Positions 8,969 through 18,238 of a stretch of DNA of 64,000 nt are shown piece after piece. The notes beneath the pieces are model-generated. The model did not search any database, was not told the DNA's origin, and saw only the letters and a program-made list of their open reading frames with translations. Source of the DNA: Candidatus Culexmicrobium cathedralense (GTDB taxonomy: Archaea > Thermoproteota > Methanomethylicia > Culexarchaeales > Culexmicrobiaceae); the NCBI GenBank assembly GCA_025061115.1, contig JANZKC010000001.1, forward strand, positions 480,001 to 544,000, read 5' to 3'. How positions within the stretch are numbered: position 1 is the stretch's first letter; the number at the start of each line of letters is the position of its first letter. Made by a program: the position numbers and the translations under genes.

Positions 8969-10192
8969 TTACTTCCCCCAAGCTAGATTAACTGCAAGCT
9001 CAGCTGCACGCTTAGCCCCATCCATCTTCAGCGCTAATTCTTGAAGTAATTTAACACTCCTCTTAACTTTTCCGCAAGTCAACAGGTATTCTATTGACTC
9101 TAAAACCGAGCTCACTGTAAGCTCATCATACATCAACACTCTAGCAACCCCCAAAGCCTGAGAAGTAATAGCATTACTTATCCTCTCAGTATGCCCCCTA
9201 GCAGGTATTAGGAGCATGGGAACTCCAAAGCAAATGCCCTCCAAAATGCTCGTGTGCCCAGCATGATTAATATTGACGTCGCAGGCCTTCAAGTAGGCAT
9301 GATAGTCGTCAACCCAACTTAAAACCCTAAATCTACCATCATCAAAAAACACTGGAGCCCCCGTTGGATTCGATAAAGTTAAAACCACCTGATAGCCTTC
9401 ATCACACAAAATTCTAAAAGCCTTAACGAGCACCTTCGCCAAAAAGTGCTTTTCAAAGCCAACTCCGCTTATTGAAGCAAAAACAATTGGAGCTCCAACA
9501 TTCAACTTCAAACTTCTCCTCAGCTCAGCCCTACTTGGAAGCTCTTCAGGTCTAACTCCAATTATTGGACCTATAAACTCGACTTTATCCTCAATGAACT
9601 CAATGCTCTCAACATGCCTCCGGCAAATCGCAAATTTCTCCTCAAGGTCTGGAATCAAAATCCTACTGGAAAACCTCCACATCGAGGCTAATACTTGAGA
9701 TATCATCCTTTCCGCAATAGTCTTAACAACTCTTATTGATGGCGTCATCGGCCTAGTCCTAGGAATTATTAAAGCAATCTGATTCGTCACCAGCAAGGAA
9801 GGCTTACCCAAAATCTTAGATGCAATAACGGTTGAAAGGCGTGAGTCCGAAATAACCACATCTGGATCAAACCTTGAAATGAACTTGAGCTCCAAAGCCA
9901 CCTGCTTCCATAGGGTCTTTAGGTGCTTAGCTCCGCGGCTCATGGTTTGCTTGAAGTCGAAGGTGCCATCAGGCTTTTGAAAGTAATTTATAGAGGGGAC
10001 CTGGCAAACTGGATAGTTCTCTCTAGCCACCAGCGACACTGCAGAGCCATAGGTGGAGAAGAGAATTACTGGCTTTACATCGAGCTTCTCAGCTAAATCA
10101 ACAATCCTTCTACCTATGCGAAGAGACCTACTAGCATGCCCAAGCCCCAATCCACATGGAGCAATGTAGACCTTTATGAGCTCCATCAACAT
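8969..10192 (-). CDS. GT-B glycosyltransferase (GT28/MurG-like)
   Basis: GLGHASR, PDVVISD, HAGHTSILE, GHTE. Confidence 0.85.
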   Translation of the reverse strand: MLMELIKVYIAPCGLGLGHASRSLRIGRRIVDLAEKLDVKPVILFSTYGSAVSLVARENYPVCQVPSINYFQKPDGTFDFKQTMSRGAKHLKTLWKQVALELKFISRFDPDVVISDSRLSTVIASKILGKPSLLVTNQIALIIPRTRPMTPSIRVVKTIAERMISQVLASMWRFSSRILIPDLEEKFAICRRHVESIEFIEDKVEFIGPIIGVRPEELPSRAELRRSLKLNVGAPIVFASISGVGFEKHFLAKVLVKAFRILCDEGYQVVLTLSNPTGAPVFFDDGRFRVLSWVDDYHAYLKACDVNINHAGHTSILEGICFGVPMLLIPARGHTERISNAITSQALGVARVLMYDELTVSSVLESIEYLLTCGKVKRSVKLLQELALKMDGAKRAAELAVNLAWGK

Positions 10193-10839
10193 TACCTTGA
10201 AGCGCTATGCCAATGAAGCTCCTTCTTTATCACTTCACCTCCAGGCTCCAGCTCCTCAAAGATTTCAGCTTGAAACCTATAAATCCTTGTTTCCTCCTCA
10301 AGCCAAGCGTCCGGCATCAATCCAGCTTTAATGCAGCAGTTGCTCAAGAATTCCTCCGGCGTCCAATTCCACTCAACAGCAACTTGAGGTAGCAACAGTC
10401 CCTTGAACAACCCTCTCTCAACAATTAATCCATCAATTCCAATCCTAATTTTTGAGGGATAATTTCTTGGGTGGTCAACCTTAATTAGCTCTGGAACAGT
10501 TAGCACGCTCACCTCAAATGTTACGGAGCTAAGCTCATGAATCTCCAATGGCCTAAACCTTGGATCAGCAGTTGCAGCACTTATGGCAGATTCAATTGTA
10601 GCTTCCACAAGTGGCATAATTGGCATTGGAAAGCCTATGCAGCCCCTAAGCCGCTTCACCCTCTCCCTTTCAATCATCATCACTAGATTAATTGTAACGA
10701 AAACCCCCCTCTTCTCCTTCAACTTCTCCGGCACATTATTGGGCGGCTTAATCTGCATTCCTCTCTTCAAATACTCCTCAACAGCTCTCCTCGCAAGCTT
10801 AACTAGAAATTTTCCCTCCTCAAGATTTAAAGAGCACAT
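10192..10839 (-). CDS. AMMECR1-domain protein (TIGR00296-type)
   Basis: GVFVT, LRGCIG, DPRF, GLLLPQV, CIKAG. Confidence 0.93.
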   Translation of the reverse strand: MCSLNLEEGKFLVKLARRAVEEYLKRGMQIKPPNNVPEKLKEKRGVFVTINLVMMIERERVKRLRGCIGFPMPIMPLVEATIESAISAATADPRFRPLEIHELSSVTFEVSVLTVPELIKVDHPRNYPSKIRIGIDGLIVERGLFKGLLLPQVAVEWNWTPEEFLSNCCIKAGLMPDAWLEEETRIYRFQAEIFEELEPGGEVIKKELHWHSASR

Positions 10840-10858
10840 GCGAGCACACCGCCTTTCA

Positions 10859-11371
10859 CTAATAGTTTATGCCCTTAAGTGAAATAAGGTCCTTAGGATA
10901 CTTAACCTCAACTACTAAATTCACCACATCAGCCCTATCTATCAACTCCGGCGGAGCATATCTTCCAGTTAATACAACGTGCGTTTCCTCAGGAATCTTT
11001 GAAAGCAGCGAAAGCACGTCTTCAACTGAAATTAAATTAGCAGCTACAGCCAAATTCACCTCATCTAGAATGAGCAGGAAAGGCTTCTTTTCAATAGCTA
11101 TTTTCTCCGCAAAAATAAGGGCCTCCTTAGCCAAACGCCTATCCTCTTCACTTGGCTTTTTCAGATCAACCCAATCCGGCCTGCCAAACTGATATATTTC
11201 ATACTCTGGGCTCAACCTATCCTTCACAATGTACTCGCCGACATCTTTCCTCCCCTTCATGAATTGAATAACAACCACTTTAAGGCCGTGTCCAATGCAC
11301 CTCAAAGCTAAGCCAAGGGCACTAGTAGTTTTTCCAGCTCCAGTTCCAGTATAAAGGAATATGAAGCCCAT
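10859..11371 (-). CDS. cobO: Cob(I)yrinate/cobalamin adenosyltransferase (CobO/BtuR type)
   Basis: YTGTGAGKTTSALG, QFMKG, LDE, VLTGR. Confidence 0.9.
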   Translation of the reverse strand: MGFIFLYTGTGAGKTTSALGLALRCIGHGLKVVVIQFMKGRKDVGEYIVKDRLSPEYEIYQFGRPDWVDLKKPSEEDRRLAKEALIFAEKIAIEKKPFLLILDEVNLAVAANLISVEDVLSLLSKIPEETHVVLTGRYAPPELIDRADVVNLVVEVKYPKDLISLKGINY

Positions 11372-11381
11372 AATTAATCAC

Positions 11382-14300
11382 CTAAATCCTACAAACTCCC
11401 TTCGGGCATGAACCCGTATCCTCCGGGCCTAGCTCAATAACGCCTCGAGGCTTCTTCTTTGTCGGCTTCCCAATGTAAAGCACCTGCTCGCCCTTACTTC
11501 CATACCTATAAACGGTAATTCCCTTGCACTTCAACTCGTATGCTAGAATGAAAGCTCTCTTGACATCTTCAGGAGAAGCTTCATAACGCAAGTTAATGGT
11601 TTTAGACACAGCATTGTCGGTGAACTCTTGAAATGCAGCTTGCATCCTGACGTGCCAGTCAACATCAATATCCAACGCAGTTACGAAAATCCTCTTAATG
11701 TCTTCAGGCATGCCCTCCACGTACCTTATGGAGCCAACTCTGGCTATCTCCCGCATAAGTTCATCGCTATAGAGCCCTCGCTCCTTCAAGAACTCTTCAA
11801 AGACAGAGTTGACCTCAAATAAGCTCACTCCACCTAGAACTCTCCTAAAGAATGCCAAGGCAAATAGGGGCTCAATTCCACTTGAAGTTCCAGCTATTAT
11901 GCTAATGGTTCCAGTTGGAGCTATAGTAGTGGTCGTAGCATTCCTAATGCCATACTTTTTAATTTTAGCCCTAAGGTCATCCCACTTCAAAGTATACTGC
12001 TTCTCCTCATCATCAGCCTCAAAGGGGAAGCGCGGTTGATCGCCATCATATATTGAACCCTTAAATGCTGGAAAGCTGCCCCTCACCTTAGCCAAGTTTA
12101 TGGACTCAACCTTGCTGTAGTAATTTATGTACTCCATAATTCTCCTAGCTAAATTAAGCGCCTCCTCAGAGTCGTAAGGTATTTGAAGCTTAAATAGAAG
12201 CTCAGCCCAACCCATAACGCCAAGCCCAATTTTCCTAGTTAAAAGCGTCTTCTCCTCAACTTGCGGCAGCGGATAGTTATTCGCATCTATTACATTGTCC
12301 AGAAAGTGAACTGCAATTCTAACCACTTCCCTCAACTTCTTCCAATCAATTTCATATCTCCCATCCCTCCTACGCTTAACCATAAGTGAAAGATTCACCG
12401 AGCCTAGATTGCAAGATTCAAAGGGCAGTAAGGGCTGTTCTCCGCAATTGTGAACGATAAATCCATTTGCAATGAAGGAGTGGGTGAGAGGTTCTGTCAC
12501 ATCATAAACTGGCTCTTCACCAACATACTCAATCTTCTGCACCGTAACCTCGAACCTGCCACGATAGAATTTAGACTGAGATCTCCTGTGAAATTCTGAA
12601 ATCTTCCTCTCATCGCTAAATCCAATCTTTTCAATAAACCGTTCCCTACTGTCCCTTGAAATTACAAGTTCATAATAGTCTCCACCAACATATCTCCTCA
12701 CCTTCCCTTCTGAGTCGATGTATGCGGAGACTCTCTTCTTCGACCTTTTACGCTCATAGATTTTAGACTTTATTCCGAAGTTCAGCAATAATAATTGTAC
12801 ATCCTTCAGCAATCTTAGGGACGTTGAAGACAATCTTATTGATGACCCCTCTTCAGCCTTTCCTTGAACAGAGCCATCAGCAGTGAACAACCCTCTCAAA
12901 AAGCCTCTTACAGCAAATTCCGGAGCCATGAAGATACTCCATGGAACTCGCTTCTCCTCAGCCTTCCACTCGCCTACACCTAACTTCTTGAAGAACTCTA
13001 TGAATGCCTTGGCGTGATATGATAGATGATAAGTACCATTCCTACGCTTAACCGGCTTGACGCAGCCATACCACTTCGAAATTATCTCTCGAGCCCTCTT
13101 AAGCAAGTCTAATTTTTGACTTGAGAAGGTAAATCCAACTCTATCTTTCCTGAGCCACCCGCCCCCTATAAGTAGGCCAATGACGAAGCCGAGGTCTTCA
13201 GACCACTCTTTTGGCAAGTTTAGCTTCTTCCTCTTGGTCAGGTTATTTAACTTGTCAATTTCCTCCTTTATTGGTAGTTCAATTGAGTTAGAGAAGCATC
13301 CGCAACTTTGAATTAGCAGAGTGTCGTCCTCTTTCAATTCGCCTAGCTTCTTCCATCCACTTGGAGTTAAGAACATGTGGTCTATAGTTGCTTTAATCTC
13401 ATAACCTTCCCTTGTTATGAGCCTATAAACTGGCTTTATTCCGGTAAATACGTACCTAGTGGGCTTTGATTTTACGATGCCTCTGCTTTTAATAGCTCTT
13501 AAATCGACGATTAATGAGGTTGAAAGTGACTTGGGATTATTTCTAGTTAAATTCTCAATTGGTATCAAACCTTTTTCAGTGACTACTAATGTATCTCCAG
13601 TTACACATGGGTTAGTACTCTCTATTTCGCCGAGTTGAGGCGTTGGATTATGCTTGTTGATTCGGTCGATGAATACTAGGCCTGGATCTCCTGTTCTCCA
13701 AGCATTATAAACAATCATGTCGAAAAGGTATTTTGCATTTATCTTGCCTTGAGGCTCGCCTGTCCTCGGATTGATCAAGTTTATTTCCTTCTCCTCCTCA
13801 ACAGCCTTCATAAATTCATCCGTAACCGCTACCGAGATATTGAAGTTTGTCAGCACACCCTCCTTAGTCTTAGCATAAATGAAATCCATAATATCGGGGT
13901 GATCAACCCTTAAAATACCCATATTAGCACCGCGACGCTTATTATGAACTAAGATTCCATTTGCGACGAAACACCCTGATATTGTTTCTATGTCCATCGT
14001 ATATTTTCGATCTTCCTTTATTTCGACAACTCTTGTGTAGTAATATTTTGGATCACACAATTTGACTAACCTTTCATCTTCCTTAAGAAATGGAAATTCT
14101 TCTAAAAGTTTAATTAGGCGCTTACGAGTTAGATTTCTCCTATGTTTTTCATTCCTTGTAATGTAATGATAAATCGCTCTAAAGAATTTTTGATTAGCAC
14201 CACGCTTAGACCTTCCCTTGCCGCAACCTCTTCCAACAAAGCTATAATGAGACATCAGTATTCTTTCCGCATTTGGTATGACATCCACGTACTCAAACTT

Positions 14301-17300
14301 CTTTTCATGGAATCTCCTCAACAGCTTTTCATTTTTCTTCTCGGTTAGGAAGCCTATATGCTCAATGAATAACTTTATGCTTCTTTCAGGAATTATGGTC
14401 AGGTGATATATTGGTGATCTGCCGAACCTATTTTCACCCTTCTCATACTTCTTAATGGAGGAGACTATTCCTAAGCTTAAAAGCAACTGTTGAACTTCTC
14501 TGACTAATCTTTCTGATGACACTTGAAGCCTTGGATAACCATCTTCATGAACATCCCCATCACCCTCAAACAGCCCCCGCAAGAAGCCATAAGCAACTTC
14601 TTTTGATGACGTAAATATTTCTCTAGGTATGAAAGCTTCCCGAGAATTCTTTTTAATCCAATTCATGGACTTGAAAAATCTCTGCAAATCTACTGAGTAA
14701 AAAACCAAGTCAACATAACCTTCTTTTCTTCGCTTATAACCAACCTTTAAGTTGAAAACTTTCAGCATTAAGTCCTCTATTATCTTTTCAAGTTCCTTAT
14801 CATCATTTGAAACTGAGAAAATAAGTCTACCATCAGCGCTGATACAGCCATCAGACATATACAGACCAAGAATTTCAGCAAGTTCAGGAGTGATTCTTTC
14901 TGGAATTCTTATCTTATTTGCATTAAAATGCTGTTTTTCAATTCTTAGAAGAGGCGCATCTGGAAGATCAGGATGACCTCCAAGTACAACAACCAGCCAG
15001 TCACCAACCCTTATGTCTTGAGCCTCTTTCCATATTATTTCTCCTTCTTGAGAAACAACCGCAACTTTATGATTATACGTTACATCAAGTTCTAGACCAA
15101 GATCAGTTTTAATTTTCAAAACATCAGCCACACCATTATCCGCCGCCAAGAAAGCATGAATGAAAGCGTCTCCATCAAAGACAAGGTAATTAGTTGGATT
15201 TTCAGAGTGTGATGGGCAGTCAAGTAATTCAGCTAATGGCAGTATACCTTTATTCGTCCTAACCAAACTATCAACAGCTATACATCCACCCTGCTTAATG
15301 ACGTCGGTTGCAACGTCAAATATCCTCATGAAGCTTACCGGGCCGGATGCAACGCCCATAGTAGTTCTAACCACGTCGCCCTTCGGCCTGAGCCTTGAAA
15401 ATGAGAAGCCAGTGTTATGAACTATCATGAAGCCATTCTGTCCAGCTAGATATGTTTCGGTTTCATCAACCGTTAAGTCATACATAACCACCTTATCAGT
15501 ACCATGCAATCTTTCAATGCGTATAATAGGGACAGAATGTAACATTGCGTGTAACATAGTTCTTATCTTTTCAGCATCACTGAAGAATCCATTCCTCTCT
15601 AGGGCATCAGCTAGCTTAGTCATTAACATTTCAAATTTAACGGCACTGATCCCATGTCCCCACATCCATCTGTGAACCCATATCTTTGCGCCTCCGAGGA
15701 TCAATGGCTTCCTGTGCAATGAGGATACATTTATTCCCAATTTTTCTAAGAAGCCTCTAATCGTCTCAAAACTTAATTTTACACTTCTCCTATACGATGA
15801 CTTTCCAACTACTTTAAGCAATAAACTTGCTTTACGCTTTATACTCATTCTAGATGCAATCTCCCTGGCAAAATATGAAAATTCAGGTGAGCTCTCAACG
15901 CAAATTACGTAAAGTTCCTTCTTCTCTTTAGATCTCTTCGGCTTTCTAACTCTAAATCTTATCTTTAATCCCAGAGCAGTTAGCAGCAGTGCTAATTGCC
16001 TCATAACGCTATGTGAAGTACAAGTAATGCATAACCTCGCCCTATCCTTAGAAACTTCACCTTCAGCATCTATGAAACCAGCTATAAATGACAGAACAAC
16101 GCTCAAAGGCGACTTAAATATCTGCTCAGGTATCCTCCAAGCATCACCGTCAGTTGCTCTTAGATTTCTTAAAACGAAATCAATGACTCTCTTATCACAT
16201 GTTTGAAAAATCCACATGTCACATCTTTTCTCTTTGTAAATGCAGCCAACATCATCATTGAAGACTTCACTTAAAATGCTCTTGAGAAGTTCGAGAGGTT
16301 CCCTTTCACGATCGAAAGCTCTCACCCTATGCGGTTCAGCGCAACCGTCACCAATCAAGTACCCTATGGCCCACGCCAACTTCTCGGATAATTTGAAACC
16401 ATCAATTTTTTGATATTCAGTGAAAATCCAGTTGCTTGGTTTAGGTGGAAGTAGCAGTAAGTCCCCTTCCTTAAGTTCATCAGCCCTCTTTTCTACAATT
16501 TCGCCCCTCTCATTTACAACAATAAATGGATGCCATTCACTTACAACAACTTCTAAGCCATTTCCAGCTTTAATCTTAAGTAACTTATTTCGAGGAAGAA
16601 TGTACTTCCATACTCTTGTAACTTTTCTAAAGTTAACTCTATTATCGGTTTTATCGTAAGTCAAAACTCTAATGTCAAGATTTGAAACATCAATTGAAAC
16701 GGTCTCATCCGAATTTTTCAAATGTACTGGTATGAGGGGTTCAACAATGTTTTCAATTGGAGCTATTCCACAAACATTAGTGTAAATGTAGGTTCCCTTA
16801 GCTACACAACCACCTCCGCTCTTGTGAATTAAGGCGGCGTATTTTAGTGCATCGAATATGCTCTCTATAGAGTCTTCTACTGGAATTACGAAGCAGGCCG
16901 ACAATTGACCTAAGGGTGCACCTGCATTCATTAAGGTGGGAGAGTTTGGCAGGAAGTACTTGTTAACCATGATCTTGTAGAATGTATCTATGACGTCTTC
17001 GTAGAGCTCATCCCACTTCTCGTCAAGAAATCTGAGTAAGTCATTAAATGAAACCTTCATCTTACCCTCTTTGCCAAGCCTATTGTAAACTCTCTTCAGC
17101 ATTTCGAAGTCATACTCGTTTATAACAGCCCTCTTAAGCTTATAAGTAGGCTCTTCGGCTTGCCTCTTAGGCTGCCTACCAGCCTTATCGTAAACTTCAC
17201 TGTAGTAGAAAATGTCTACCAAGCCTACATGCCTAGCAACTCTCATGAACATTTGCTTTGGTGTTTCAATAACCTTGCCAGATTCGTCTTTAAGTAAATA

Positions 17301-17684
17301 TCTATTCTTCAAGACTGTTACAGCGTTTACAGACAACTTCATGTCGTCAACTACGCCAAGCATCTTCTTAATTTCCCTAATTTCACTCCTCTGCTGCCTG
17401 TAGAGAATGTAAGCTTTAGCCACTTCATAGAGACCATTTTTAACAAGTACTTTCTCCACAATGTCTTGAATCTCCTCTACGTGAGGAATCTTCTTATCCC
17501 CAAATTCAGACTCCAAAATTGCGACAACTTCATCAGTTAGCTTTGCAGCTAACTTCCTAGAGCCTGTTCCAACAGACTCCATAGCCTTCCAAATAGCTCT
17601 CTCAATTCTTTCCCTATCGAAAGCTACAACTCTTCCATCTCTCTTGATGACTTTTGATACTTTAGAATGCACATTAATCACCAC
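11382..17684 (-). CDS. nrdJ: Class II adenosylcobalamin-dependent ribonucleotide reductase precursor with 3 inteins (about 800 aa after removing them)
   Basis: N-terminal ATP cone (VIKRDG), PNSPTLMNAG, LSACFV, GGG|TG, QGG|KRRGANM, TNP|CGEQPL, SCNLGS, TIAPTG, C-terminal CPKGVC. Confidence 0.97.
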   Translation of the reverse strand: MVINVHSKVSKVIKRDGRVVAFDRERIERAIWKAMESVGTGSRKLAAKLTDEVVAILESEFGDKKIPHVEEIQDIVEKVLVKNGLYEVAKAYILYRQQRSEIREIKKMLGVVDDMKLSVNAVTVLKNRYLLKDESGKVIETPKQMFMRVARHVGLVDIFYYSEVYDKAGRQPKRQAEEPTYKLKRAVINEYDFEMLKRVYNRLGKEGKMKVSFNDLLRFLDEKWDELYEDVIDTFYKIMVNKYFLPNSPTLMNAGAPLGQLSACFVIPVEDSIESIFDALKYAALIHKSGGGCVAKGTYIYTNVCGIAPIENIVEPLIPVHLKNSDETVSIDVSNLDIRVLTYDKTDNRVNFRKVTRVWKYILPRNKLLKIKAGNGLEVVVSEWHPFIVVNERGEIVEKRADELKEGDLLLLPPKPSNWIFTEYQKIDGFKLSEKLAWAIGYLIGDGCAEPHRVRAFDREREPLELLKSILSEVFNDDVGCIYKEKRCDMWIFQTCDKRVIDFVLRNLRATDGDAWRIPEQIFKSPLSVVLSFIAGFIDAEGEVSKDRARLCITCTSHSVMRQLALLLTALGLKIRFRVRKPKRSKEKKELYVICVESSPEFSYFAREIASRMSIKRKASLLLKVVGKSSYRRSVKLSFETIRGFLEKLGINVSSLHRKPLILGGAKIWVHRWMWGHGISAVKFEMLMTKLADALERNGFFSDAEKIRTMLHAMLHSVPIIRIERLHGTDKVVMYDLTVDETETYLAGQNGFMIVHNTGFSFSRLRPKGDVVRTTMGVASGPVSFMRIFDVATDVIKQGGCIAVDSLVRTNKGILPLAELLDCPSHSENPTNYLVFDGDAFIHAFLAADNGVADVLKIKTDLGLELDVTYNHKVAVVSQEGEIIWKEAQDIRVGDWLVVVLGGHPDLPDAPLLRIEKQHFNANKIRIPERITPELAEILGLYMSDGCISADGRLIFSVSNDDKELEKIIEDLMLKVFNLKVGYKRRKEGYVDLVFYSVDLQRFFKSMNWIKKNSREAFIPREIFTSSKEVAYGFLRGLFEGDGDVHEDGYPRLQVSSERLVREVQQLLLSLGIVSSIKKYEKGENRFGRSPIYHLTIIPERSIKLFIEHIGFLTEKKNEKLLRRFHEKKFEYVDVIPNAERILMSHYSFVGRGCGKGRSKRGANQKFFRAIYHYITRNEKHRRNLTRKRLIKLLEEFPFLKEDERLVKLCDPKYYYTRVVEIKEDRKYTMDIETISGCFVANGILVHNKRRGANMGILRVDHPDIMDFIYAKTKEGVLTNFNISVAVTDEFMKAVEEEKEINLINPRTGEPQGKINAKYLFDMIVYNAWRTGDPGLVFIDRINKHNPTPQLGEIESTNPCVTGDTLVVTEKGLIPIENLTRNNPKSLSTSLIVDLRAIKSRGIVKSKPTRYVFTGIKPVYRLITREGYEIKATIDHMFLTPSGWKKLGELKEDDTLLIQSCGCFSNSIELPIKEEIDKLNNLTKRKKLNLPKEWSEDLGFVIGLLIGGGWLRKDRVGFTFSSQKLDLLKRAREIISKWYGCVKPVKRRNGTYHLSYHAKAFIEFFKKLGVGEWKAEEKRVPWSIFMAPEFAVRGFLRGLFTADGSVQGKAEEGSSIRLSSTSLRLLKDVQLLLLNFGIKSKIYERKRSKKRVSAYIDSEGKVRRYVGGDYYELVISRDSRERFIEKIGFSDERKISEFHRRSQSKFYRGRFEVTVQKIEYVGEEPVYDVTEPLTHSFIANGFIVHNCGEQPLLPFESCNLGSVNLSLMVKRRRDGRYEIDWKKLREVVRIAVHFLDNVIDANNYPLPQVEEKTLLTRKIGLGVMGWAELLFKLQIPYDSEEALNLARRIMEYINYYSKVESINLAKVRGSFPAFKGSIYDGDQPRFPFEADDEEKQYTLKWDDLRAKIKKYGIRNATTTTIAPTGTISIIAGTSSGIEPLFALAFFRRVLGGVSLFEVNSVFEEFLKERGLYSDELMREIARVGSIRYVEGMPEDIKRIFVTALDIDVDWHVRMQAAFQEFTDNAVSKTINLRYEASPEDVKRAFILAYELKCKGITVYRYGSKGEQVLYIGKPTKKKPRGVIELGPEDTGSCPKGVCRI
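12447..13607 (-). mobile_element. Intein 3 (387 aa) in nrdJ, inserted before the thiyl-radical Cys; LAGLIDADG domain
   Basis: NP|CVTGDT ... TIDH ... VYDVTEPLTHSFIANGFIVHN|CGEQ. Confidence 0.95.
13941..15284 (-). mobile_element. Intein 2 (448 aa) in nrdJ loop 2; LAGLIDADG domain; non-canonical +1 Lys
   Basis: KQGG|CIAVDS ... TYNH ... LGLYMSDG ... LRGLFEGDG ... ANGILVHN|KRRGANM. Confidence 0.93.
15414..16808 (-). mobile_element. Intein 1 (465 aa) in nrdJ; LAGLIDADG domain
   Basis: SGGG|CVAKGT ... SEWHPF ... IGYLIGDG ... IAGFIDAEG ... MYDLTV ... IVHN|TGFSFS. Confidence 0.95.
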
Positions 17685-17695
17685 TCACAACTAAT

Positions 17696-18238
17696 TCAAT
17701 AATAGCTAAACTCTACTTCTAAGCTTTTTGTGCTTTCATGCCTAGCCAGCCGCCTAGCCTTCAGAAGCCTAGCCTTAATGGACTTCCAGTGCTTGCCAAT
17801 CCAGTAAAGCTTACCACAATGACTACAAATCCAAAAGCGATCATTATCTGAAGGTATACTGAGTGAAGTTATCTTCAAAAACTCCTCTCGACTAATCGCC
17901 TTGAGCGGATGATTGCATACTGGGCATCGAGTATTTTCAAAGTCAACCTCAATTTTAATCAAGCCAATAGCAGCAAGTTGAGCTAAGTCCTCCTCTAAAT
18001 TAGCTCCTCTAAGCATTAGAACCTCCACGCCAGCAAACTTAGCTCTCCTATACAATTCGAAGTCTTTAGTCAGCAATACTCGACAGCTGTTTTTGGCGAG
18101 TTCAACAAGTTTCTCATCAGACAAGTCCTTGCAGTATTCGACGTCATAGCCTAAGAGCCTAAGCCACCTAGCTAACTTGCCGAGCATGCCATCAGCAATA
18201 AACTTGCTTTGCCTTGACGACTCTCCCTGCAGGCTCAA
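17696..18238 (-). CDS. Mut7-C RNase (PIN-like) domain protein with Zn ribbon
   Basis: FIADGMLGKLARWLRLLGYD, LLTKD, RCPVCN...CSHCGKLYW.G.HW. Confidence 0.9.
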   Translation of the reverse strand: MSLQGESSRQSKFIADGMLGKLARWLRLLGYDVEYCKDLSDEKLVELAKNSCRVLLTKDFELYRRAKFAGVEVLMLRGANLEEDLAQLAAIGLIKIEVDFENTRCPVCNHPLKAISREEFLKITSLSIPSDNDRFWICSHCGKLYWIGKHWKSIKARLLKARRLARHESTKSLEVEFSYY

